Source: the human T2T-CHM13v2.0 reference genome, Homo sapiens. From it: 64,000 nt of DNA. Both the position numbers and the translations under genes were made by a program. The stretch's first letter is position 1. Every line of letters starts with the position of its first letter. The notes beneath the pieces were generated by a model. That model did not search any database. It was not told the origin of the DNA and saw only the letters and a program-made list of their open reading frames with translations. The DNA lies in the NCBI RefSeq assembly GCF_009914755.1, contig NC_060937.1. One strand, written 5' to 3'. Shown here in pieces: positions 1-12,128 of this stretch.

Positions 1-173
1 TGTAGATCAAACGAACAAAAACATTTAAAAAGCCTAGAAACGTTAGTAGCATATAGAAAGCACTCAGGAAACATAGGTGTTACTTTCCATGTGCTGCCAA
101 TGGTGCTAACAGCAAATAGACTCACAGCTTTAGACATTTTCCTCTCTTTAATGGTTTTTAAAAAGATGACACA

Positions 174-440
174 GGCCAGGCGCGGTGGCTCGTGTCTGTG
201 ATCCCAGCAATTTGGGATGCTGAGGCGGGAGGATCACTTGAGGTCAGGAATTCGAGAACAACCTGGCCAACATGGTGAAACCCTGTTTCTACTAAAAATA
301 CAAAAATTAGCTGGGCATGATGTCAGGCACCTGGAAGTTGAGGCAAGAGAATCGCTTGAACCCGGGAGGCGGAGGTTGCAGTGAGCTGAGATCGCGCCAC
401 TGCACTGCAACCTGGGCGACAGAGCGAGACTCGGTCTCAA

Positions 441-478
<38 letters not shown>
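174..478 (+). mobile_element. Alu (AluS-like) with (AAAT)n tail and small right-arm deletion
   Basis: GGCCAGGCGCGGTGGCTC head, dimeric structure, (AAAT)n tail; TSD AAGATGACAC at 163-172 and 484-493; the TGTAATCCCAGCTACTC segment of the right arm is missing. Confidence 0.95.
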
Positions 479-479
<1 letters not shown>

Positions 480-2274
480 CCAGAAGATGACACTAAGGAA
501 GCAATGGAAGCTGTAAATACAAGCTCCTAGGTGAGAATTCTGGTGCATGGGGCGTATCGTTGCATTAATTCAATATAATGACTAAACAGCTTTGCAGCAA
601 TAAGACTGCCTCATCTAGACAGAATCTGATGAATCAACAAGAGGTGTGAGAAAGCAATTATGGATCCAAAATTGATAAGAAATAGTCAAATAAGTTGTGG
701 AAAGTTGTAAATGATATTTCATAGCTCTAGGAAAATTAAATGTGTTGAATATAAAATACAAAATTATTGGCTAACAGTATGGAACTTGGCTTGTAAATGA
801 GGAATGGAAGAGAACAGAGAATTATAAACTGGGGAGAAAAGTAAACATTCTATTTAATCTTAGACTTGGCTGTCAGGTTTTTTTTTATTTAAAGTTAAAT
901 TATTTACAATTGCCTATTGTATTTAACTGCAATATTCACATACATCTTTATAACTTTAGAACATTTTTTATTTTCACGAGGTCTCTAACTATTAAAAGTA
1001 CATTGAACCAAAACACACATGCCTTTTTGTGGTCAGCAGAGAATTCCAATCCATCCATACACATTTGAGACTATTAGCCATAGGCAATGGGTCTTGCACG
1101 ATGCCCTGAAGAATAACATACTGACATGTTCCAGAAGGGCTGCGCGCCCAGCAGAAAATGCACACGACTTTCAAAGTCTTTGAAGAGTAGCCAGATTCCC
1201 TGGGACATTGCTGCTACCTAGGTTAGGCACTTTGTGAATTTATTTTCAGGAGAAAAATAGTATTCTTTAATAACAAACTACTATAACACAGGACAGATAA
1301 ATGAGTGTCTTCTCTCTAGATCTCCATTTCTTGAGGAAGTGGGAGAAGATCTGATGGTCTGTAAATTACCATTTCAGTTCTGACATTCCTCCAATCTTTG
1401 GAAGATAAGTTGCCCTTTAAATGGTTCCCAATAAATATTAATTTTAAACATGGATGAATATGTTATACCTAACCAAACTCTATGTAGCTTATAAAAGTTT
1501 CTTTCAAGTCTACCACTTAAACATGAATCCAACTTTAACTTGATGGATATTATTTCAGAATATATTTTTCATAAAACAGACCTTTAAAAATATATAATGA
1601 TGTGTTTTTGCTTTCATTCCTTGGGTAAATTGGAGCTACTTGGTCTAAGCATTGTTCCAGTGTCTTCGAAGTAACTGTGCATAGGCCAATTGTCTTGGTA
1701 TATGTCACCTAACCCATATTTTGTTTTCCTAGGCTTTGTTTCCTTTTTTAAAGTTGATTTAATGTTTTTCAAAGTATCCTAAGTTTGCCTCATTTCCAGA
1801 TGAACATCCTTTAAAGTTCAGAAATTCATCCCTCTCTGCCTTTTAAGGCTGGAGAACACGTTGGCACTGAATAGTTTGGCAGCAGAGATGGAGAAGCAGC
1901 CTGCACAGGATGAGAACTGGAATTATGGAGGCAGCTGTATTGGGCAGTAGGTTTCCATTAAATGGATGTCTTGGGCTTGCCATCTTTCACTGTAATTGCT
2001 GTGTCCGGGAAGTTGACTGTCTCTGGAGATCAATCTATTTTAAGTTTAATGGATCTGTAGAAGCTATTGAAAGACTGGTACAACTCTTTCTCCTTGACTT
2101 TTCCGGTCCAAATGAAGACATTGCTATCAGTTATGCTGCACCTGCCTTGCATGCCAACGTTCCAGCCCCACTCCACCCCCAAGAGGAAACCTCCTTCCAT
2201 GGACTTTATGTATTGGAAAGCTTTTATACTAAGTTACTTGAGTTTATTAGTAACAACATATTTGCTTTCCTATG

Positions 2275-2367
2275 TGATATATATACACATATATGTATGT
2301 ATATGTATGCACATATGTGTGTATATATGTGTATCTATATGTGTGTATATATATAGAGAGAGAGAGA
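2275..2367. repeat. Compound (TA)/(TG)/(GA) microsatellite
   Basis: ATATATACACATATATGTATGT...ATATAGAGAGAGAGAG seen directly. Confidence 0.85.
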
Positions 2368-3233
2368 AAGTGAGTCTCTTCTAATCAGTGTGAAATAATT
2401 TGTGTTATCAAACTGAATTGATACAATACCAAGAAAAAGCAAAGAAAATTCACATGCATTTATTCAATCTATATATGCATTGGCCTTACTGCAGGCAAGG
2501 GTACAATTTTCATAAACTTTCATTTGAAAGAACTTTGGCATTCAAAGATGTAACCTTTGTGGGTTAATAAAAAGGCAACGTAAATGTTCATAGGACATAG
2601 TCATTAGTGGTCTTTCTGAAAAACAGACGTAAATCATGGACCTTGGGGTGGTAAAAGGTCACTTGGCTAGTGAGGAATCCAACCCACCTCCCCAGCTTCC
2701 ACGTCAACAGCTTTGTGTGCTCAGCTTGCTGTGGTTTACCTAGAAACACTAGTGAGAAAATGCGAAAACTGTTCCTTCTGAGAAAAAAAAAATGGCATCA
2801 GAGGTGAAGATGGAAGAGAAGAGGACTAAGAATGATTTTTAATTCACGTTCAGTCAATAATGTTTAAGTACTTTTCTGTAGACCACTTCGTAGGCACTGG
2901 GGATGCAGTGATGAACAAATCAGACATGGTCTTAGTCTTCATGGAACTTATAAACTATGCAGGAGAGGAACACAGCAAAGAAAAAAGAATCCCCACCTAA
3001 ATATATAATTTAGAATTGCTACAAGCACAGGGAGTCAAAGCAGAAGGTGCTATGAGTGAATGTCACAGGGGACCTCACCTAGAGGAGGCATCAAGGATTA
3101 CCTGTCGGAAGAAGCTACATTTAACCTGGGTCCTGCCTGCTGAATGAAATAGATGCTAATGAAGCGGAGAGTAAGGAATAGAGCTTTCTAGACTGAAGAA
3201 ACAGATACAGAAATCCTCAATAATTAAGAGGGG

Positions 3234-3630
3234 TGTGATGGATTGGGTTGTGTCTCCCCAGACTTCCTATGTTGGAGTCCTAACTCCTGGTACTTATGAA
3301 TGTGATCTTTGTTTGGAAACAGGGTCTTTATAGAGTTAATCAAGTTAAAACGAGATCATTAGGTCAGGGCCTGATTCAACATGACTGGTTTCCCTATAAG
3401 AAGGAGAAATTTGGAGACAGACATGCATACAGGGAGGCAACCATGTGAACATGAAGACCATCTACAGGCCCAGGAGAGGGGTCTGGAACTGACGCTTCCC
3501 CCACAGCCCTGCCCACGCCTTGGTCTCAGACTCCTAGCCTCTAGAACATGGGTATCATACATTTCTGTTGTGGAAGGCACCTCGTTTTTGGTACTGAACT
3601 TTAATGTGGGAGCTCTAGGAAACACAAACA
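3234..3630 (+). mobile_element. MaLR solo LTR (MLT1B-like)
   Basis: TGTGATGGATTGGGTTGTGTCTCCCCAG start; GAATGTGATCTTTGTTTGGAAACAGGGTCTTT; ends GCTCTAGGAAACACAAACA. Confidence 0.8.
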
Positions 3631-3839
3631 GGAGACATCTAAGACAAGCCAGAGAGGAGGGTTATAGGTTGACTTGAGGATTTTAGGTTTTCTATCAAAA
3701 GTGCAATGGGTGTGACGTGTTCTAGCTTCACAAGGCCTGCCTCGATAATATTTGGGGAACAGATTGGAGGGCAGTAGAAGTGAATGTCTGGAGACCAGCA
3801 CGGAGGCAATGCCAGGAGGCCAGTTAAGGGGTGATGGTG

Positions 3840-3974
3840 AGCTGGGCACAGGGGCTCATGCCTGTAATCTCAGCACTTTGGGAGCCCATGGCAAGAGAAT
3901 TGTTTGAGGCCAGGAGTTCAGGACAGGCCTGGGCAATATAGCAAGACCCATGGTCTACCAAAAAAAACAAAAAA
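3840..3974 (+). mobile_element. Alu monomer (FLAM_C/AluJ left arm)
   Basis: GCTGGGCACAGGGGCTCATGCCTGTAATCTCAGCACTTTGGG...GGGCAATATAGCAAGACCC plus A-rich tail; single arm. Confidence 0.85.
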
Positions 3975-4464
3975 GTAAGAGGTGTCAGTGCCAGAAGTAG
4001 GGAGGTGGTAGTCAGGTGGGGCCTGAGCCAAGGTAATTTTGGAGTTAAAAGCAGTAGGTCTCAGTGTTGGACCACAAATGTGGTGATAGTTGTGGAAATG
4101 GTGGCTTCAGGAAGGACTTATGGGCCTCTAGTTTCCACAGCTGGGTGAATAATAACTCCTTCTGAAATGAAGAATCGAGGAAGAGGAGTGAATTTGGGAT
4201 GAATGGTCAAATAAGTTTTGAAAATACTAAGTTTGAGATGCCTGTGTAATACCTAAATGTAATTTTTGAGTAGACAGTTAAACATCTAGACTTGTAACTC
4301 AGAAAAGAAATCAGATCTGAAAATATAATAAAATTGGTTCTGTTGGTATATAAATGGTGTTTTAAACTGTGGGAAAAGATGAGATGATCTGAGGAGAGAA
4401 GGTAGAATGGGAAGAGAACGGCCAGCACTGGCGCCTGAGGAGCCCTGTTAGAGGAAGCTTGGTT

Positions 4465-4675
4465 CAGGTTTCCTCAGTCTTGGCTTTGCTGACATACGGA
4501 GCCAGGTAATCGTTGCTGTGGGGGCAGCCTTGTGCATGGCACGATGTTCGGCAGCATCGCAGCCTCTGCTCACGAGATGTTAGCAGCCTCCTCTTAATTA
4601 TGACAACCAAAGATGCCTCCAGGCTTTGCCAGATGTCCCCTGGGGCCCCAAATCACCCCTTGTTGAGAACAACGA
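4465..4675 (+). mobile_element. MER20-like hAT-Charlie DNA transposon
   Basis: CAGGTTTCCTCAGTCTTGGC...ATGACAACCAAAGATGCCTCCAGGCTTTGCCAGATGTCCCCTGGGG...AAATCACCCCTTGTTGAGAAC matches the recalled MER20 consensus. Confidence 0.8.
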
Positions 4676-5014
4676 GTGTAGAATAGACAAGCAAAGAAAA
4701 AATATAAAGAGTAAGTAGAGGGGGAAGAGGAAAAGCAGAAGGGTGCGATGTTTCAGAAGCCAGGAGAAAAGACAATCTCGGGAAAACTCAAATCACAGAT
4801 TGCTGCCGAAAAGTCAAGAACGATGCTTACTGTGAAGGACCTAGTAGTTCTGCAGATGATCGTAACTTTAGCAACAGTAATTCTGGTGGCTCAGTGGGAG
4901 CACAAGCTAAATTGAAGTAGATTACAATTCCATTTTTATTTATCCAATTGGTAATACATATACACGTAGTCAGATTTTAATGACATCTGTGTGATTATTT
5001 TGTTTAACATAAAA

Positions 5015-5500
5015 TATAGCAGATGCTATTGGTTGTCTACTCAACAATTTCTCCCTTTTAACAGAATTTCAATTTTTTCATACAACATGTTGTCTATTCA
5101 TGGGAAACTGCTTTGCAAAGTCAGTGGTGGCAATCCCTTTCTCCTTGGCAGTGGCTGGTTTAGAAATAGACGTGTGATGCAGATGTAGTTAATGATGACA
5201 TCAGAAGAAATTTAAAGGCATCTGGGAAACATTTCCTTGTTGATATAGACAACCAGGAAGGAACCTACCTTTCATCTGGGTGTGGCCTCCTAAAATTCCT
5301 AGAGGATTTGGTCACTTCTAACACAACTTTTCTCCCCACTATGGAAGAAGAATTAACTTGAGAACAAGCCAAACAGTGCATGTAGCAAAAGGGAAAACGG
5401 GAAGAATGTGGGTGTTTGAATGAAGAGGGAAGACTGAATCCGTCAGCCTGGAAGCCGTCCGTCTTCAGGCGTCTTAATACATTAAACCTAATTTCCTGCC
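5015..5500 (+). mobile_element. Old MaLR LTR fragment (MLT1K/L-like)
   Basis: AGCAGATGCTATTGGTTG start; CCCTTTCTCCTTGGCAGTGGCTGGTTTAG...GCATCTGGGAAACATTTCCTTG resembles old MLT1. Confidence 0.5.
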
Positions 5501-6250
5501 ACCTCCCATCTGTTTGCAGTTGTTTTAGTTTGTTTGTTTGTTTGTCTGCTAGCATTTATCATCAGCCCAGCATCTTTTTCCTCAATCTATTGTCAACAAC
5601 TTCTGGAACAACACCATTCTTTTCCTCTGATGTGCTGTTCTCTTACTAACCCAAGTGGAATTCAGAGTTGCCCCATTTTACAGTTTTCCAAAATAAGGCA
5701 AATCGGCTACTGTCACCTCTTGACCTCTGATCTCTTCTCTGCCCCAGCTGGTTTCTTTTGAAGTCCACACCATTCCATTAGCACTTCCCTGACCACAGTG
5801 CTATCTCCACCGGTGTCTGCTCCTCACCCACATGCCTTGAGGATCTGCACACTTGGCCCATCACTCTTCTCTTTGCAGTGTCCTGGGAGCCATTTATTTT
5901 AATGGTCCTTGCAAACGGCTAGCTTCACACTTCAACAACCTCCAGTGGCCTTCAGCTATACCCTCCTCTAGCACCAAAACTCACAGCCACACCTTAGACC
6001 TCAGCATTACCTGAAGCCACTCCATCTCCACCATCTTAAACTCAGAAATTCTTCTCCCCCTCCCCCACCCCCGGTTACAACCCCCTACTCTCACTCCTGT
6101 TTACTCTCAGTGTGACCTTTGATTCTCATCCCCTCTCTCATCTCCCATGAGTCCCTTTCTGGATGTAAAATACAAACAAACAGGGGCTCCCATGAGCCCC
6201 TGAGAAACTGGAAACTACAATCAATTACAAGGTATTATGACCACTTACTC

Positions 6251-6726
<476 letters not shown>

Positions 6727-7098
6727 CTAAATGTTTCTTTCTTTTCCCAGAGGGTCATTGTTCTGTTCATAGAGAACCAGCCTCGGAGGTGCCTGATGTT
6801 TCCCCTGGTGGCCTCCCTCTTCCCCTTTCCTTCACCTGGTCATGCATTCAGACTCTGGGTCCAGGCCATGGCGTGAGCATCACCCTGTAAGGCAGCGGCG
6901 GGCACTGTGGTCCACAGACCCTACAAGTTCTCCATGAAAGTAGGTTTGGGGGTTTTGGATTCTTCAGATTAGATCCCATCGCTACCACCACCCCTCAGAA
7001 ACAAAACACAGAAGGCTTTTCCTTTTAATAGTGATTAATGGTAACAACACAACTTTGATACATTACAAGGGAGCTGCATCTTTCAAACATTTAATTAA

Positions 7099-7377
<279 letters not shown>

Positions 7378-7722
7378 TAATTAACATAAATTTGATGTAC
7401 CAGCTTCAATGAAAGAATAACTAATTCAATTTGATACAAAATGCTACAACTTTATGCTGACCATCCACTCACTGAGCCTGGCGGACAGCTGAGAGGAGTG
7501 ACCGTGGCGTATGCTGTTTCCTCGTCCAGTCTCAGCTCCTGTGGCCTCCCACATTGTCTCAGTCACAGCGAGTGTGATCCTGTTGTTCACATATATACAT
7601 GTGTATTTTTATTGCACATGGCTGTCAACACCATTTGGTGACATCATCTCTTGTTCCATCCTAGCGCCTCTGCCCCCTTCCAGCCCTGGGACTATCACAG
7701 TCACTGAGAGAAAGTCTGTGTC

Positions 7723-8054
<332 letters not shown>

Positions 8055-8139
8055 CTACAGGGACTAGTGCTGGGTGCAGCAACTGGCATAAAGAGACTAA
8101 TAGTACTTGCTGGATGAATGACTGGAAGGAAACAATCCC

Positions 8140-8345
8140 CACAGCTGTAAGAACACTTGCTGAGCACTGCACTAAGCCACTTCCACGAATGTGTTTCATG
8201 GCAGGCAGCTGCTTCCATTCCTCCTATTTTGCAGATGAAGAAACTGAGGCTTAGGCTACTCAACTAGAACATGGTAAAGCAGGGATTTGACCTTCTAGGA
8301 CTCTGACTCCAGAAACTGTACTCTTAACCCTTTTACCATTCTGCA
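8140..8345 (-). mobile_element. MIR SINE
   Basis: Core CCTATTTTGCAGATGAAGAAACTGAGGCTTAG and GGGATTTGACC...CTGACTCCAGA. Confidence 0.75.
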
Positions 8346-8708
8346 CCTATGTAGTCACTGATCAATTAACCTGCTTCTGATGGTAATCTAACCTCCAAAA
8401 CTTTTCCAGGGAAAATGCTTAGATTCCTACACAATCCTAGCACTTCATTAACATCATCTATTGAGTGGTAAATGTAAGCAGTGTTAGGTGTATCTGTATA
8501 AATTGAGTTCAATTTTCTAAATTAGTATCAGAAAAGTAATTGGTCAATGAATACAAATATTGTGGGGTGGGGCAGAAGAAGGAAAGTATTATTTTCTTTC
8601 ATTCACATTAAAAAAAAGTCTTTGTACATCATGGTAGGCTATCTTTACCAATTATTCTGTTTTCCTTGTAATAGAAGTGTACCCCTCACTCACTGACATC
8701 CAAGCCTT

Positions 8709-8888
8709 ATGATATTTTTGTGACAACCCAGCCTGAGACCACATCTGTTCAACCATTTCAATTAAAATTTTCCCAGCACTCAGAATTCACACATCCTCTA
8801 AACCCACCTTGTCAGAAACTAAGCCATGAGTTGTCCCCACTTTTGATTCTGGGCTGTAGAAACTACCAGAAGAAAATTAGGCTGGGCA
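8709..8888 (+). repeat. Direct duplication, copy 2 (180 bp identical to 6251-6430)
   Basis: Same sequence as copy 1, including only the first ~14 nt of the Alu head (GGCTGGGCACGGTG). Confidence 0.95.
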
Positions 8889-9071
8889 CGGTGACTTGAC
8901 TTATCCTTCAGCCTGGATCTGCAATGAAGACAGGCAGAGCAGAGCCAGGCAATGTCGCATCTACCTGAAACTGACATCCCGTGAGAGCCAGACTAAGTCT
9001 TTGTGCTAAGTCCTTGAGATTCTGGGGTTGTAACCCAGCATAACTTAGTGAAAGTTGAGTAATACACACAT

Positions 9072-9520
9072 TGTTATGGGTCAAATTGTGTTCCCAAAAG
9101 ATGGTGCTGTCCAAACCCCAGGAGCTGTGAATGTGACCTTTTTTGGGAATAGTGTCTGGTCTTTGCAGATAATCAAGATGAGATGAGGTCATCAGGGTGA
9201 ACCCTAACCCAGTAAGACTGTCCTTAAACAAAGAGGAAATCCAGACATGGGTCAGAATGCATGGAAGGAAGATGGTGTGAAGAGGTGCAGTGGAAAGACC
9301 ACCACCATCTCCACCATCTCCAAGACCTCAGGGATGCCTGAGGTCACCAGAAGCAAGGAGAGAAGCTGGGAACAGATCCTGCGCCAGTGTCTTCCAAGGG
9401 AATGTATCCCTGCTGACATCCTGATTTCTGGCCTCCAAAACTGTGAGGCAATGCATTTCTGCTATTTTAAGTCACTCAGTTTATAGTACTTTGTTATGGC
9501 AGCCTTAGCAAACTAATGCA
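9072..9520 (+). mobile_element. MaLR solo LTR (MLT1C-like)
   Basis: TGTTATGGGTCAAATTGTGTTCCCAAAAG start; ends TTTGTTATGGCAGCCTTAGCAAACTAATGCA. Confidence 0.82.
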
Positions 9521-11099
9521 AACTCATTTATCTCCAATTACATAAGGTCTTGAATAAATGGATGTTGTGATTTAGAATTTAAATGTAAAGAATTTTCCAG
9601 TGTTAACCCTTAGAGGAGTTACTAATTGTTCTAAATAGAGCTAAATAGAAAATTCCGAGGACATCAAACTTGCTAAACTATGACTTTTAACTTGTTCAAG
9701 AAAGATATAATAAAATGAAGATTTGAAACCACAGGTAGAAGTTACAATATCAAGAAGACATAGATTTTTTAATCGCATATGTACATTAGACTAATTTTCA
9801 TATTCTGTGGTTTTTTATGATAGTAAATGAAACACTGCAAATTATACCTTTTTCTCTAACATTCACTCCCAATATTTAGGATTTATGCATTTTTTCTATA
9901 TAATAAAATGGAACTGTAATACTGATCTCTTTCTCCTCTCCCACAGGATAAAAACTCATTTTCTATAGTTCACGTGCTATATGTGAAAAACATACAGTCC
10001 TTGTAAAATGCTTTAGGACCTAGGTGAGCGCCACTGAGAATTGGCTGAACTTCTTCAGCATCATTTTTAAAAGGTCTATAAATTTATTGTTGTTATATCT
10101 TGGTCTTCTCAAAGCTGGACTAGTAAACGAGATGCTCCATGTGATTTGAAGAGCACCGCAATGTTCAGTACAAGTTGTTCTTTACCCTACACAAGGCAGA
10201 CCCTCATGGGCTAATTGTATAATACTTAAAGCACTGCATATTTGAACTAGTAAAGTCAGGAAGGCTGAAAGATTGATCCTTTTTTATTAGCCACAGCAGA
10301 CTTTAGTGTACCAGATTAGCTCAGTGCTGCAAAGGATATTGGTAAGTTGTTCCCCAGGTGGAAAGGTGGAAAAGGTATTAAAATTCTTCAGTAACTCCCC
10401 CGAGCCTCAAGAAAAAAACAAATTCATAGCAAGACACATCTGAGACCTCTGAGAGCTGGCCTCTGATTTCCTCTCCAGACTCCTCTGTCTGACTTGCTAC
10501 ACTGAATTGTTGAAAGGGGAAATTTTCTAGTCACCTTTTTCTGGGTAACTCTACCTTTCCTGATTTACCGTGCAGCCTAATTTTAATTAGGGTAATTAAT
10601 GCTGTCTGCAACAACCGAAAGACACTGCCATCTTCAATGGCTTCACACAGAGTATGAGATCTTGCTTAGAAAGAGCCCAGGGCAGGTCTGCCTGCTGCCC
10701 TCCATTTTGCATTCACATCAGTTTGGACACAGGTCTCCCAGGTGTCCACGTTGAAGGAAGAGAGGGAACAAGAAGCACCAGGTGCTGCAGCCCAGCCCTC
10801 TTGAGGTCCCCAGGTGAGAACTGGTCGCCAGGCCACACCTCACTGTGAGGATGGCGAGAAGTACAGGGGAACACATGGGCTTTTTGTGGGGCATTCCTCC
10901 CTGCCTGATACCACAACCCCGGTCTGCATGGTATCCCAGCCGTAGCTCACACCACCCAGCCTTGCTCCTGTCTTTCTTCCTCATTAGATGATCAGTGCCT
11001 CCAAGTTGCTTCTGCACCTTATTTGTTTTTGTACCCAGAGCTTCCAGCAGCTTCCCTCTCACACTTCAGATGCTCAATAGCTGTTAAAATATGGAACAA

Positions 11100-11536
11100 A
11101 TGGATGGATGGATGGATGGATGGATGGATGGATGGATGGATGGATAGAGAGATGGATATATGAATGAATGGAGGGAGGAATAGAGGGATAAATAAGGGAA
11201 GGAGGCATGTATAGATGGACGAATGGATAAATAGATGGATATATGGATGGGTGGAGGGAGGAAGGGAGGGAGGGAGGGATGGGTGAAAGAAGGAAAGGAG
11301 GGATGTATACATGGATGGATGGATGGATGGAAAGAGAGATGGATATATGAATGAATGGAGGGAGGAATGGAGGGATAAATAAGGGAAGGAAAGGAGGCAT
11401 GTATAGATGGACGAATGGATGAATGGATGGATATATGGATGGATGAAGGGAGGAAGGGAGGGATGGGTGAAAGAAGGAAAGGAGGGATGTATAGATGGAT
11501 GGATGGATGGATGGATGGATGGATGGATGGATGGAT
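11100..11536 (+). repeat. (GGAT)n purine-rich repeat with a ~187-bp higher-order tandem duplication
   Basis: (GGAT)n at both ends; the unit starting AGAGAGATGGATATATGAATGAATGGAGGGAGG recurs at ~11146 and ~11333. Confidence 0.9.
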
Positions 11537-11599
11537 CATTCGGCTTGTGGTATTGCAAGGCTGTTCAACACCTATAGAGAAAATTTCTTAGACCCATTA

Positions 11600-12128
11600 C
11601 CTTCTTGAGAACTCTTTGATTGGGAACCTTCTAACATTGAGAATCCTGGCTCCCCAAAGTAGAGCTCAGGAAGTTGAGTTTTCTCCAATCTCCTGTGCAA
11701 CCAGAACACAAGAATGTCATCTAAGTTTCTGCAGTCAAATAGACACACACAAGACTTTAATGCAAAGAAGCAGGCAACACAAGGCAACAGGCCCTGCATC
11801 CCTATGTTTGCAGGGGATGGAGTTAACACAATCAACTTTGTGTCATCGGTGGAAGCCGCAGTGATTTCACAGGAGTTACAGTGGAGCTCCTGGTGTAGAG
11901 GAAAGATGTGGGGACAGCAGTACTGGAGCAGCCCAGTGGAGGCGGTGTCCTTATCAGGTAAACTCTGAGGGGTGATGTGGGCATTATCCCACAAAGCTTA
12001 GCCTTGGCTCAGGTTTTACAACCCTCCCAATATTTCTGCCACCCAATATTTCTTTAATTAAATCCCTTTCTACTTACAAAAAAGAATCAGCTTTCTTCGC
12101 ATGCAATTAAGAACCAACTAAGATCCAA
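11600..12128 (+). mobile_element. Old MaLR LTR (MLT1-like)
   Basis: 3' end TTAAATCCCTTTCTACTT...GCATGCAATTAAGAACCAACTAAGATCCA resembles an MLT1 terminus. Confidence 0.5.

Larger units (their letters stand above)
2843..4920 (-). mobile_element. Degenerate L2 LINE, interrupted by MLT1, FLAM and MER20 insertions
   Basis: Resembles the reverse complement of the L2 3' end (ATTCACGTTCAGTCAATAATGTTTAAGTAC...GGCACTGGGGATGCAGTGATGAACAAATCAGACATGGTC); purine-rich L2-like body resumes at ~3630-4440 and ~4680-4920. Confidence 0.65.

Noticed and set aside
234-548. Alu-derived ORFs (also 6361-6714, 19897-20208, 46362-46694, 49025-49339 and others)
   Set aside because: Peptides such as [17 protein letters not shown] are standard Alu translations, not genes
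1910-2356. 148-aa ORF
   Set aside because: No recognisable homology; the C-terminus is a TA/TG microsatellite
11019-11558. 179-aa HPSI-repeat ORF and overlapping frames
   Set aside because: Open only because the (ATCC)n low-complexity tract lacks stop codons
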